From Candidatus Kerfeldbacteria bacterium (GTDB taxonomy: Bacteria > Patescibacteriota > Patescibacteriia > SBBC01 > CAIJZX01): a stretch of 61,890 bases of DNA. The position numbers and the translations under genes were made by a program. A model generated the notes under the pieces. The model searched no databases and had not been told where the DNA came from. It saw only the letters and a program-made list of their open reading frames with translations. Location of the stretch: NCBI GenBank assembly GCA_903825245.1, contig CAIJZX010000029.1:1-61890 (forward strand), read 5' to 3'. Shown here piece after piece: positions 38,824 through 48,414 of the stretch (the first letter of the stretch is position 1; every line of letters starts with the position of its first letter).

Positions 38824-39705
38824 TTACGTGTACCCCATGTCTTGAGCTAACTCCTGAAAGGTCATCGATTGTCGTCGTTGTAATACCACATCGATACTGG
38901 CAATTGTTTCATCAAAGTGACGAAAGAGATCATGAAGTACCTCTTGTTCAGCCGGAGTAAATACAGCAAGCTCTGTATCGAACATTGCTTTTCGTCCAAC
39001 AGCAAATCCGGCTGATCGCGTCATCCATGCGACCATGCGCTGTCGGAATTGTTCTTGTATGTTGTCAGGAATCGGCTGACCGGAATTTAAGGCATCCAGA
39101 ATATCGAGATTTCCTTCTCGAAACAGCGCGTCACTTGTTTGATTGTAATTCTCTGGTCCCTCCATTCCGGCAATACCCAGATCGGCTAAAGCTAGAGCAC
39201 GAGTAATGATCGATGACACTTCTCTTACGTTCGGCTGGGTTGTCGTCCCAAGTTTTGTTTCGAACGCCGGCACAGTACCGTCAATTGCCTCGTTCACCCG
39301 TTGTTCGTCATCAGCAGAAAAAACATCATATCCTAGTTGGGTATTCTGCTCGCGCATAAAGGCAATTGCCTCTTCCGCGCTAGCACGTTCGCTCACCCCG
39401 ACATTCTGACCAGGGACTGACCTGATATGGACGGTATCATGAAAACCTCCGGCTAACCGACCAATTTGAATATCTCGTTCCGAAACTCGTTCGGGACTCA
39501 CGTCGCGAAGAGCGCGAAGAATCGTCTCCGTCCGCCGAATGACACCCTCGGTGTGATCAGTATTATGATACGGCAACCGATTGCGAATATCGGGGGCCTC
39601 GTCAAATCGTTCGCGAATTGTTTGCAATGCCAGCGCGATGACGGCATCAACGCTTTTTCTTAACTGCTCGAGTTGCGCCTCGGGATTGTGCTCGCGTTCA
39701 GGCAT
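38824..39705 (-). CDS. HD/PDEase-like metal-dependent phosphohydrolase
   Basis: PYHNTDH...FHD...ALADL metal-ligand pattern. Confidence 0.75.
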   Translation of the reverse strand: MPEREHNPEAQLEQLRKSVDAVIALALQTIRERFDEAPDIRNRLPYHNTDHTEGVIRRTETILRALRDVSPERVSERDIQIGRLAGGFHDTVHIRSVPGQNVGVSERASAEEAIAFMREQNTQLGYDVFSADDEQRVNEAIDGTVPAFETKLGTTTQPNVREVSSIITRALALADLGIAGMEGPENYNQTSDALFREGNLDILDALNSGQPIPDNIQEQFRQRMVAWMTRSAGFAVGRKAMFDTELAVFTPAEQEVLHDLFRHFDETIASIDVVLQRRQSMTFQELAQDMGYT

Positions 39706-39806
39706 GTGCGGGAGTGGCTTTGTTACGAAGTTTCATGCAATATCAAGAGCATTCTGCAATCACCATGAAAAATATCTACTAGTTCAAAAAGTTAAAAAAC
39801 CTGCGA

Positions 39807-40106
39807 TTACGATTCCGATTTTTCGATATGCCGACCTTCAATTGCAAATCGTACTGCCGGAAAATCAAGTTCCTCGGGATCAGCGCCCTCCTTTATCAGT
39901 TTTGATTGAATCATGTCTAAATCGCGCTCTCGTTCTACATCTCGATATGGTCCATGATGCACCGTATCGCGTAATCGGCCAACAGCCTCACGTATTCCAG
40001 GCTCGTTATGGAGCGATCCATTATCGCTTAGCGCCTGTGAGATCTTATCCAGAGCGGTATTTGCTTCGAGTTTATAATCACGTTCTGTCATTTCTCTTTC
40101 ACGCAT
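39807..40106 (-). CDS. Hypothetical protein
   Basis: 99-aa charged ORF after alaS. Confidence 0.55.
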   Translation of the reverse strand: MREREMTERDYKLEANTALDKISQALSDNGSLHNEPGIREAVGRLRDTVHHGPYRDVERERDLDMIQSKLIKEGADPEELDFPAVRFAIEGRHIEKSES

Positions 40107-40163
40107 ATGGTTATTGTTAATTGTGAATAGCTATAGTATATCGACTTAAAGCAAGAATAACAA

Positions 40164-41975
40164 TCAACTCACGACCGCTTTTATCCGGCGCAGCCCGGAG
40201 CCGACCGACTGCTCGGCCGTGATCTTGAACTTCCCGACTTGCGCCGTGTGGTCAACGTGCGGGCCGCCGCAGAGTTCTTTCGAGAAATCGCCCATCGAGT
40301 AGACCTTCACTTCGTCGCCGTACTTCTCCTTAAAGAAGGCCATCGCGCCGGCGTCGATTGCTTTTTGGTAGGGCATAATTTCGAAGCTGACCGGTAAATC
40401 GGCTTGCACTTTTTCGTTGACGAGATCTTCGACCTGCTTCTTCTCGTCGTCGGTGAGTTTTCGCGGGAAGGTAAAATCAAAGCGTAAGCGTTCCGGGTCG
40501 ATGTCGGAACCGGCCTGATGCACGTCATTTCCGAGGATTTTGCGTAAACTCGCTTGCAAGAGGTGCGTCGCGCTGTGTAATCGTTTCATCATGAAGATCT
40601 GCTCGGCCGTGTATTTCGTATCGAGATCCGGATCGTTTAAACCATGACCGCCGAATTTCTTCGTCGCGCCGGCGCGGGAAAGCTCCTGGTGAGCCTCGAT
40701 TTTTTCGTTCACGAGCTTCTTGTCAAACGTAAAGCCTAGACGCTCAAGCCTATCAAGCGATACACCGTGCGACGTGAACAAATTAAATGCTTCATCAGGA
40801 GAGAGTTCAGTGCTCGACACGCCGGTCGGATCACTACCTTCCTTGTGTGGTACGAACTTTCGCATCTTGATGACCAGCTGACCGATATCGAGATTGAACA
40901 CTTTGCGATACTGTTCGAGTTCAATATTCAGGTGTTCCTTAATTTGCGCCTGTTCGCGTTTCAATTCCGGATAGGCGTCGCCGAAATGCTTGACCACCGC
41001 GTCAACGACATCATCAAAACTAAATTCGAGCACAAGGAATTGATCGGCCGCGCGGCGGACGATACGACGCAGGATGTAGCCTTGATCTTTGTTGGAGAAA
41101 CGAACACCGTCGGCGAGTAAGAAACACGCCGCGCGAAGATGGTCAGCGACGATACGTTGACGCCGCTTGTTAATTTCTGTTTGTTCACTGTCGCCGAAAC
41201 TCGGGAGCTTTGCCACGACCGCCATAATGGGCTTGTAGATGTCGGTATCATACAAGTGGTTGGCGTCTTGCATTACCATCACCAACCGTTCAAAACCCAT
41301 GCCGGTATCAATATTCTTCTTCGGCAGCGCCGTCAGTTTCCCCTGCTCATCTTTATTGTATTCGGTGAAAACCAAATTCCAAATTTCGACAAACTCATCA
41401 GTCTCATTCGGCTTGCCTTTTGGCGTATCGACAAGCTGAACGTGGATTTCGGAACACGGACCACACGAACCGGATTTTCCCGGTGGCCCCCAGAAGTTAT
41501 CTTGCCCACAAGCCACGATGCGTTCTTGTGGTACATATTTCAACCACAATTGTTCCGACTCCGTATCACGCGGCACGTCACTGTCACCAGCATAAATGGT
41601 CACCCACAGTTTCTCTGGCGGAAATTTCAGGACTTCCGTCAGGAATTCCCAGGCCATATCAATTGCGCCCTCTTTAAAGTAATCGCCGAAGGAGAAGTTG
41701 CCGAGCATTTCGAAGAACGTCAGGTGCGACGTGTCGCCAACTTCGTCGATATCCGAGGTGCGGAAACACTTCTGGACAGTCGTGACGCGCGGCGCGCCGA
41801 AATCCACCAACGGATCTTTCAATCCTAAGAAGTACGGCTTGAATTGCTGCATGCCGGCCGTGGTCAGTAATACCGACGGATCGTTATCTGGAAGTAACGA
41901 CGATGACGCCACAATTGTATGCTGGTGTTCATTGAAGTATCTGAGGAAGGCGTCGCGAATGGATTGGGATGTCAT
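40164..41975 (-). CDS. alaS: Alanine--tRNA ligase (compact, no C-Ala domain)
   Basis: TTAGMQQFK, FFEMLGNFSFGDYFK, IDTGMGFER, HSATH, ELCGGPH. Confidence 0.97.
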   Translation of the reverse strand: MTSQSIRDAFLRYFNEHQHTIVASSSLLPDNDPSVLLTTAGMQQFKPYFLGLKDPLVDFGAPRVTTVQKCFRTSDIDEVGDTSHLTFFEMLGNFSFGDYFKEGAIDMAWEFLTEVLKFPPEKLWVTIYAGDSDVPRDTESEQLWLKYVPQERIVACGQDNFWGPPGKSGSCGPCSEIHVQLVDTPKGKPNETDEFVEIWNLVFTEYNKDEQGKLTALPKKNIDTGMGFERLVMVMQDANHLYDTDIYKPIMAVVAKLPSFGDSEQTEINKRRQRIVADHLRAACFLLADGVRFSNKDQGYILRRIVRRAADQFLVLEFSFDDVVDAVVKHFGDAYPELKREQAQIKEHLNIELEQYRKVFNLDIGQLVIKMRKFVPHKEGSDPTGVSSTELSPDEAFNLFTSHGVSLDRLERLGFTFDKKLVNEKIEAHQELSRAGATKKFGGHGLNDPDLDTKYTAEQIFMMKRLHSATHLLQASLRKILGNDVHQAGSDIDPERLRFDFTFPRKLTDDEKKQVEDLVNEKVQADLPVSFEIMPYQKAIDAGAMAFFKEKYGDEVKVYSMGDFSKELCGGPHVDHTAQVGKFKITAEQSVGSGLRRIKAVVS

Positions 41976-42051
41976 CCCGTTAGAAATCTAAGTGGGTAAA
42001 GAAATCGAACCTCGAATGACCACGTTCTACACAGGATATTTCTAACGGGAT
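41974..42051. mobile_element. 78-bp MITE/REP-like element with 14-bp terminal inverted repeats on the alaS start codon
   Basis: ATCCCGTTAGAAAT (41974-87) / ATTTCTAACGGGAT (42038-51); shares its outer 11 bp with 53738-53818. Confidence 0.65.
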
Positions 42052-42121
42052 CATAGAGCCATAGTATACTGACATTCAACTGCAAAATCAAGAAAAAACT
42101 GATCGTGAGGATTAGTTGGAA

Positions 42122-42376
42122 CTACCGGAATACGTCCGCGCGACTTGGGATCGGCTTTACCCAGAATTGGACGACGAGCGTGGCAATAACGTGCCACACG
42201 ACGACCACAACCAATAACGGGCCAGAGCCCTCCCGCAAGCTGCCGAGCAGAATTCCTAACGTCAGGACGCTGAACCTGGAAACAGCGCCATAACCCTTAG
42301 CGAAACGATAAATATCGTACGCGCCGAGCAACGCCCCGAGAATCGACATCAACACCAAGGGAATAGCCATGTGCAT
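42122..42376 (-). CDS. Small membrane protein
   Basis: SD AAGGAGG; three hydrophobic segments; promoter TTGACA-N16-TAGCTT. Confidence 0.6.
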   Translation of the reverse strand: MHMAIPLVLMSILGALLGAYDIYRFAKGYGAVSRFSVLTLGILLGSLREGSGPLLVVVVVWHVIATLVVQFWVKPIPSRADVFR

Positions 42377-42442
42377 TTGTCGCCTCCTTGAAAGGTACTG
42401 ACTTTATTGTAAGCTACCATATTTTTTACCCATGTCAATCAG

Positions 42443-42627
42443 AAAAAACCCGACGGACGTATCCATCGGGCACCGCGCTCGTTCGCAATCCCCATCGGGA
42501 TTGCAGTTGAGCAAGGATCTTGATTCTCCCTTGTCATCCGGACCTCTGCCGGCAGATTGGGAACCGTTTTTCCCCTCAAGCGTTACGCGTGGCCCAGTCC
42601 CCAGAAAACCACGTGAACTCGGGGAAT
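42443..42627 (-). ncRNA. Candidate stand-alone structured sRNA
   Basis: TTGACA(42656-61)-N16-TAGGCT(42634-39), three hairpin domains, terminator CCCGATGGA-tacg-TCCGTCGGG-TTTTTT. Confidence 0.6.
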
Positions 42628-42754
42628 ATGGTGAGCCTATACCTTCTAACTGTAGTGTCAAGTACTAAGGTGATGACCACACTCCCGACGTATTCGTTGA
42701 ATATATAAGGCAAGAAAAAACCACGCACTTCACGTCGTGGCTATATCCTAACCT

Positions 42755-43000
42755 TTACGCAGGCAATTTCTTTGCGAACATCTGCATGACGTGCGCCAGG
42801 GTCATCCCTTCATCCATCACGATCGGGCCGTCGGCTAGGCTAAACGTCAGCACGGTGCAAATTTCGAAATACGCAGCACCGACCGGCGTACTATCAGTGA
42901 TGTATTGCGGAGCAACGTCGTTGGCTAAAGCAATCCTCTGTATGAGGTATGCGCGCAGCTCTTGCTGTGAACGCAACCGGGGTACCCGAAGATCGTCCAT
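42755..43000 (-). CDS. Small hypothetical protein with an ACP-like pattern but no DSL serine
   Basis: SD AGGAGG; spacing IALANDVAPQYITDSTPV...TLAHVMQMF resembles a carrier-protein fold. Confidence 0.5.
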   Translation of the reverse strand: MDDLRVPRLRSQQELRAYLIQRIALANDVAPQYITDSTPVGAAYFEICTVLTFSLADGPIVMDEGMTLAHVMQMFAKKLPA

Positions 43001-43091
43001 TGTTTCCTCCTATGCCGGAAAGAACAAACCGTCCTTGTCCTACCACAGGGCAAATTCCTTGTCAAGGATATCTTCAACGAACGAGGCTTTA

Positions 43092-44168
43092 TTATACGAT
43101 CACCGCGCTCCCAACACATTCGTCGCCGTTGTAGAACACAGCGAACTGTCCCGGCGTAATTGCGCGTTGCGGTTCCTTGCAGATGACGCGAATACTTTCG
43201 CCTTCGGGTAGCAATGTCACCGGTACATCGGCTTGACGATAACGAAACTTGGCTGTTCCGGTCCACGGGAACGAACAGGCGTAGCGAATCCAGTGCGCGT
43301 CACTAACGAGAAATTCTTGCATTTCTACGCTTTCTTTTTCTTCCGCCGGAGCAATAACGATTTCATTTCGATCCACGTTCTTTGCCGCGATAAACATGGC
43401 TTTCCCGGCACCAATCGTATCGGCAATCTTTTTTTGGTCGAGACCAGCACCAAATCCGTGACGTTGTCCGATAGTGTAGAATTGCAATCCGCTGTGCGTA
43501 CCAACGTTGGTGCCGTCGCTAAGAACGATATTTCCCGGATTCGGTGGAATATATTTCGATAAGAATTCAATCATCTTTTTCTCGCCGATAAAACAAATAC
43601 CAGTGCTTTCGGGACGATCCCAATTCGGTAACTTCGCTTCTTGAGCGATTACACGCACCTCAGTTTTTTTTATTTCTCCAAGCGGGAATAACGTTTGCTT
43701 CAACGCCTTCGACGTAATCGCCGATAAAAAATATGATTGATCTTTGTCGTCATCAACTGCCTTGTAGAGGCGTCCATCTTTCGTTCGCGCGTAATGGCCA
43801 GTCGCAATGAGCGGCGCAGATTGCAGCGCGCGATTAAGAAATAAGGAAAATTTAATTTCACGGTTGCAGAGAATATCGGGATTCGGTGTTCGTCCTTTTT
43901 TGTATTCCTCAATCATCGCCGAAAACACCAAGTCGCGATACTCTTTTTCGAAGTTCCATGTTTCGAGCGGTATACCAAGATGATCAGCGGCGGCTTTGGC
44001 TGACGCCTGGTCTTCTTCCCACGGACACGGTCCGCCGAAATCATCTTCTGACCAGTTCTTCATAAACACACCGCGCACGTCGTACCCTTGGCGTTGCAAC
44101 AACAACGCCGCCACGGCGCTGTCGACCCCGCCGGATATTCCAACAACCACCTTTTTCTGTTCAGTCAT
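43092..44168 (-). CDS. mnmA: tRNA-specific 2-thiouridylase
   Basis: SGGVDS, TPNPDILCN, ATGHYA, KDQSYFL, GICFIG, TPGQ. Confidence 0.97.
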   Translation of the reverse strand: MTEQKKVVVGISGGVDSAVAALLLQRQGYDVRGVFMKNWSEDDFGGPCPWEEDQASAKAAADHLGIPLETWNFEKEYRDLVFSAMIEEYKKGRTPNPDILCNREIKFSLFLNRALQSAPLIATGHYARTKDGRLYKAVDDDKDQSYFLSAITSKALKQTLFPLGEIKKTEVRVIAQEAKLPNWDRPESTGICFIGEKKMIEFLSKYIPPNPGNIVLSDGTNVGTHSGLQFYTIGQRHGFGAGLDQKKIADTIGAGKAMFIAAKNVDRNEIVIAPAEEKESVEMQEFLVSDAHWIRYACSFPWTGTAKFRYRQADVPVTLLPEGESIRVICKEPQRAITPGQFAVFYNGDECVGSAVIV

Positions 44169-44180
44169 AGATCAAACTTT

Positions 44181-45101
44181 TTACGTATGTATTTCGGCAA
44201 CAATTGTTTTTTGACGATTCTTCATAAACGACCAAATCAAAACGAATCCCAAAAATACAATTTCACTCAGCACAAACCACAGTCGTGTCACCAGTGCGAT
44301 CAAACTCGCCATAGCGTTCGGAATAACTCGTGCCGTCAGCTTCACAAAAGCCACTTCGCGAACGCCGAGACCCATCGGTGTTATTAGGGTCACGTAACCG
44401 ATAAACCATGCGGCCACGTTAACACCGGTCAACCACAGAAGCGTGACTACCGGAACGTTCGGAAAACTCCAGTAGATCATAGCTGTAGCCAAACCAAATA
44501 CTAACCACACCACACCATACCACAAAAGTAACCCCAACGATTCAAGAACAGAAATTTTCGGAACCTCGCTCCACCGCTTCCATTTCGATAACAGTTGAAT
44601 CAGGAATGGTACGAGAAATGGAAAAATCAGTAGGATGACGACGGCAATCCACCATAAATGATGGACATCATACAACAAAACGGCAGTGATGGCGGCGCCG
44701 GTCATTTGGGAAAATCCCTCGATGCCAAGCGCTTGGAGTGCGGCTGCCGGTTTCGCCCCGCCGTCGACAGAGCCGCGATACTTGGCAGCAAACGACCAAA
44801 CGTTGCCCGGTACATAACGTGCTAATTCGCTCAGTGTCCAGGTTTTTAGGGTTTGATGTCGTTGGGCCTCAGAACCGTGACGTTGGACAATAAATTCCCA
44901 AGCAAAATACCGTAGGAGAAACCACACTTGAAACACTAGGACAGAACCGACAAGCCATATAACCCGTAAATGTCGTAAGCTTTGCCAAACGCTATGGTCA
45001 AGCTTGAGTAACCATCGTCCGACAAAAACTAGCGCCAGAATGGTTACCACCCAGCCAATCACCTGCCACCAATTTACTTTCGGGCGAGAACGATCGTCCA
45101 T
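44181..45101 (-). CDS. Lysylphosphatidylglycerol-synthase-TM / flippase-like membrane protein
   Basis: ARYVPG, ITPMGLGVRE, multiple TM helices. Confidence 0.8.
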   Translation of the reverse strand: MDDRSRPKVNWWQVIGWVVTILALVFVGRWLLKLDHSVWQSLRHLRVIWLVGSVLVFQVWFLLRYFAWEFIVQRHGSEAQRHQTLKTWTLSELARYVPGNVWSFAAKYRGSVDGGAKPAAALQALGIEGFSQMTGAAITAVLLYDVHHLWWIAVVILLIFPFLVPFLIQLLSKWKRWSEVPKISVLESLGLLLWYGVVWLVFGLATAMIYWSFPNVPVVTLLWLTGVNVAAWFIGYVTLITPMGLGVREVAFVKLTARVIPNAMASLIALVTRLWFVLSEIVFLGFVLIWSFMKNRQKTIVAEIHT

Positions 45102-45658
45102 GGAAAAGCTGAAATACTTTTTTCAATCGTCAGTTCATGACCAACGAAACGACTAAATTTCTTTTTCGTCCACATATTGATGTGTTCCGGATGATTACCA
45201 AACCGACGCACATGACGACCGCGAGCAAAATTCCCCAACCGAAACCACGGTTCATTCGGAACTGACAATAACACATAGCGTTTCGTTACCCGTTTTAGCT
45301 CCCGAATCGCCGCTTTTGGATCATCGAGATGTTCCAGCACCTCGCTCGCTATTGTTACATCCCAACTCGCATCCGGCTGGTGAATGTGATAGATATCGCC
45401 GGACTCTAGTTTCAACCCTGGAAACAAATGATGGCCTTCCTGCAGAGCCGCAGCAAGAGTATCGAGACCCAACATCGGCGTGGCCGGAAGTTGTTGGTGA
45501 ATTTTATTCAATAAATATCCCTCGCCACAACCAAGTTCGAGAATCGATGTTGGTTGTACCGAAACCAGTGTGGCTAAAAATTGACGATGAAAATTACCGA
45601 TCAGGCCTTGCTGAATCGGTGTTTGGTTCAGGAATTTCTGTTGATTCGTGGTACTCAT
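45074..45658 (-). CDS. Class I SAM-dependent methyltransferase
   Basis: LELGCGEG, SEVLEHL, LSVPN. Confidence 0.88.
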   Translation of the reverse strand: MSTTNQQKFLNQTPIQQGLIGNFHRQFLATLVSVQPTSILELGCGEGYLLNKIHQQLPATPMLGLDTLAAALQEGHHLFPGLKLESGDIYHIHQPDASWDVTIASEVLEHLDDPKAAIRELKRVTKRYVLLSVPNEPWFRLGNFARGRHVRRFGNHPEHINMWTKKKFSRFVGHELTIEKSISAFPWTIVLARK

Positions 45659-46545
45659 TTTTTTCGTCGTTGTTGGACAATGAGGTCACCGAGCAATCCG
45701 GTAAACAGCAACTGTAATCCGGACAACACGAACAGCATGCCGAAAATGAGCAATGGTCGTTCACCGATAGCTTGTCCCATAAAATGAAGTACCGACAAAT
45801 ACCCTAGAATAATTATACCGATGCCGAAAAGTACGGCACCCCACTTGCCGAAGAAATGGAGCGGGCGCCAACGATATTTCGTCACCATCAGCAAACTCAT
45901 CAAATCGAAAACACCGTTCAATCGTAAACCATATTTTGAAACGCCGTGCTGGCGTGGATGGTGCGTGACCGGCAATTCAATTGCTTTCCAACCTTGTGCT
46001 GTAGCTAACAATGGAATAAAGCGATACAAATCGCCATAGAGATCCAGTGAATCAACCACCTCCCGTCGATACACTTTCAGCCCACAATTGAGGTCACGAA
46101 AATTCGTGCCCAGTGCCCGATTTGCTAATCCGTTAAATGCCTTTGAAGAAATAACTTTGACGAACGGATCGTGCCGTAATTGTTTCCAGCCGCCGACCAT
46201 ATCAGCATTTTGTTCATCCAATGCCGCAACTAATTTAGGAATTTCTTGCGGATCATCTTGCAAATCTGCATCGAGTGTGACCACAATATCACCGGTAACT
46301 TCAGCGAATCCGAGCATCAGGGCGCTCGATTTTCCTAAATTCCGTCGTGAACCGGCCAGGTGAATGCGCTGATCATGCGCGACCCAATCGGTAACAATAG
46401 ATGACGTGGCGTCCGAACTACCGTCATTCACCACAATCAACTCCCAATCGGGAAATTGTGCCAATACGGGCAACAGTGCCGCTTTCAGGTGCGGCAGGCT
46501 TTCGGCTTCGTTATAGGCCGGGACAACACAAGACAGCTTCTTCAT
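45655..46545 (-). CDS. GT2 polyprenol-phosphate glycosyltransferase (ArnC/GtrB-like)
   Basis: VPAYNE, NDGSSD, DADLQDDP, two C-terminal TMs. Confidence 0.9.
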   Translation of the reverse strand: MKKLSCVVPAYNEAESLPHLKAALLPVLAQFPDWELIVVNDGSSDATSSIVTDWVAHDQRIHLAGSRRNLGKSSALMLGFAEVTGDIVVTLDADLQDDPQEIPKLVAALDEQNADMVGGWKQLRHDPFVKVISSKAFNGLANRALGTNFRDLNCGLKVYRREVVDSLDLYGDLYRFIPLLATAQGWKAIELPVTHHPRQHGVSKYGLRLNGVFDLMSLLMVTKYRWRPLHFFGKWGAVLFGIGIIILGYLSVLHFMGQAIGERPLLIFGMLFVLSGLQLLFTGLLGDLIVQQRRKK

Positions 46546-46584
46546 AGAAGCGTAGTATAGCGAACTGAAGCGCCTTCGACAAGA

Positions 46585-48408
46585 CTACGGCAAATGGACG
46601 ACCTGACCCGGCTGAAGCTTCGTTCCCGTGTGCGACGGTTGCGGCACACGAGTGACCGAAGTTGGTGGGACTGGCGGTGCGATTGGACGTAGCGGGTTCA
46701 ATGTTGGCACCGGTGACGATAGCGTCGGTTTTTCTTCCGGTTGCTGCTTAGGCAACAGATCTTGAAGCGAAATTGATTTTTCCGGAACCGGCGAAGCTAT
46801 AGTTTGTGGCCGACTGCTTCGTTGACCTTGTGGCGGCCGAGCGTTACGCATTGGTGGACGCGAATTTTGCCGTTGTGGTTGATCATTACGCCGGGGTGTG
46901 GGTCTCGGCGCCGACGTTGGTTGGCGTGTCTGTGTTAGAGTTGTGTGTTGTAAGGCTTGTTGCAACGTGATTTCATTGGCGGCAGGTATGGCTACCGGTT
47001 TTCGGTCAACAACGATTATTTCCTGCTCCGGTTCACGTCGTTCCCGGCGCATAGGATCATTATTTCGTTGCGATCGATTTTCTTCAGCCGCCGTAGCCGC
47101 AAACGTTTCGGCCATTCCGCTCCAGCGCGCAATTTTATCTTCTACCACGGCTCTAGTTTTTGCGTACCGTTCGCGGGAAACTTCAATAATCGTTGCTTCA
47201 AGGTTATCGGGGTTTGGCACCGGCGGTAAACCCGTAGCAGAAAATGGCTCCGATGCTACACCATCAATCATGAGTTTCAGATACATATCGTACTTCGTGA
47301 GATTCAACAAATCCGGTTCTTCAAACACCGGTGTAAATTCTTTAGCTAAAAATTCTGCATCCGCCGCGCCAACACGGAAACAAATAATCGTGCCGACGTT
47401 GCCGAAGACGGCGGCTTGAACCGTTTCATCCAATTGTTCGATATACTGGTGGGCGATAATTAAATCAAGCCGGTATTTTCGCGCTTCAGATAAAATACTG
47501 GCAAATGATTCGGTGGCAAAGTTTTGAAATTCGTCGACGTAGAGCAGAAAGTCGCGACGATCGTTTTCTGGAATATCGATACGGCTCATGGCCGCCAATT
47601 GCAACTTCGTAATCATCATCGCCCCGAGTAATCCGGCATTATCTTCGCCGATGCGGCCTTTGGCCAAATTGAGTAATAGTATTTTTCCATTGTCCATTAT
47701 TTCCCGCATGTCAATCGTCGATTTTGGCTGACCGACAATATTACGGATGATTGAGCTGGAGAGAAATTGACCGATTTTATTTTGAATTGGCGAAACGGCT
47801 TCCGATCGGAACTTGTCGTTGAACGAAGCGAATTCATCACGCCAAAAAGCTTTGACAATCGGATCCGAGAGATGATCAACAACTTTTTTCCGGTAATCTT
47901 TATCAACCAGCATGCGCGTCACACCAAGAAGTGTCGACCCAGGATATTCGATCAACGCTAGAATCGTGTTCCGTAGAATGTGCTCGAGCCGTGGTCCCCA
48001 GGAATCGGCCCACAATTTTTTAAAAACACTGATCAAGCCTGAGGCCACTAAGTGGCGATGCGTCGGATCAACAGATTCGAGTATATTGAAAGCAATCGGA
48101 AAATCAACGTCTGCCGGATTAAGATAAATAACATCATTGATGCGGTATGACGGGATGTATTTCACTACCTTCTCTACCAAATCTCCGTGCGGGTCAACCA
48201 CGGCCAAGCCGCGTCCGGCGCGAATGTCCTGGATGATCATATTCTCCAGCAACGTTGACTTACCCATACCAGTTTTCCCGATGACGTACATATGCCGTCG
48301 CCGATCATCAAGTTTAATCCCAAACGGAATCAACGAACCACGGTAGTTCGTCTTGGCAAAGAGGGTGATGTCGCCGTTTGGATTGTGTTCTGTTGTTTGT
48401 TCTGGCAT
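46585..48408 (-). CDS. VirD4/TraD/HerA-like ATPase with a disordered Pro/Gln/Arg-rich tail
   Basis: RRRHMYVIGKTGMGKS, VDPHGD, LYVDEFQNF, LSEARKY. Confidence 0.88.
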   Translation of the reverse strand: MPEQTTEHNPNGDITLFAKTNYRGSLIPFGIKLDDRRRHMYVIGKTGMGKSTLLENMIIQDIRAGRGLAVVDPHGDLVEKVVKYIPSYRINDVIYLNPADVDFPIAFNILESVDPTHRHLVASGLISVFKKLWADSWGPRLEHILRNTILALIEYPGSTLLGVTRMLVDKDYRKKVVDHLSDPIVKAFWRDEFASFNDKFRSEAVSPIQNKIGQFLSSSIIRNIVGQPKSTIDMREIMDNGKILLLNLAKGRIGEDNAGLLGAMMITKLQLAAMSRIDIPENDRRDFLLYVDEFQNFATESFASILSEARKYRLDLIIAHQYIEQLDETVQAAVFGNVGTIICFRVGAADAEFLAKEFTPVFEEPDLLNLTKYDMYLKLMIDGVASEPFSATGLPPVPNPDNLEATIIEVSRERYAKTRAVVEDKIARWSGMAETFAATAAEENRSQRNNDPMRRERREPEQEIIVVDRKPVAIPAANEITLQQALQHTTLTQTRQPTSAPRPTPRRNDQPQRQNSRPPMRNARPPQGQRSSRPQTIASPVPEKSISLQDLLPKQQPEEKPTLSSPVPTLNPLRPIAPPVPPTSVTRVPQPSHTGTKLQPGQVVHLP

Positions 48409-48414
48409 ACGATG

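Noticed and set aside
42530-42560. AGGTCCGGA resembling the SRP RNA core
   Set aside because: Lacks the following AGGAAGCAGC and the single long hairpin fold.
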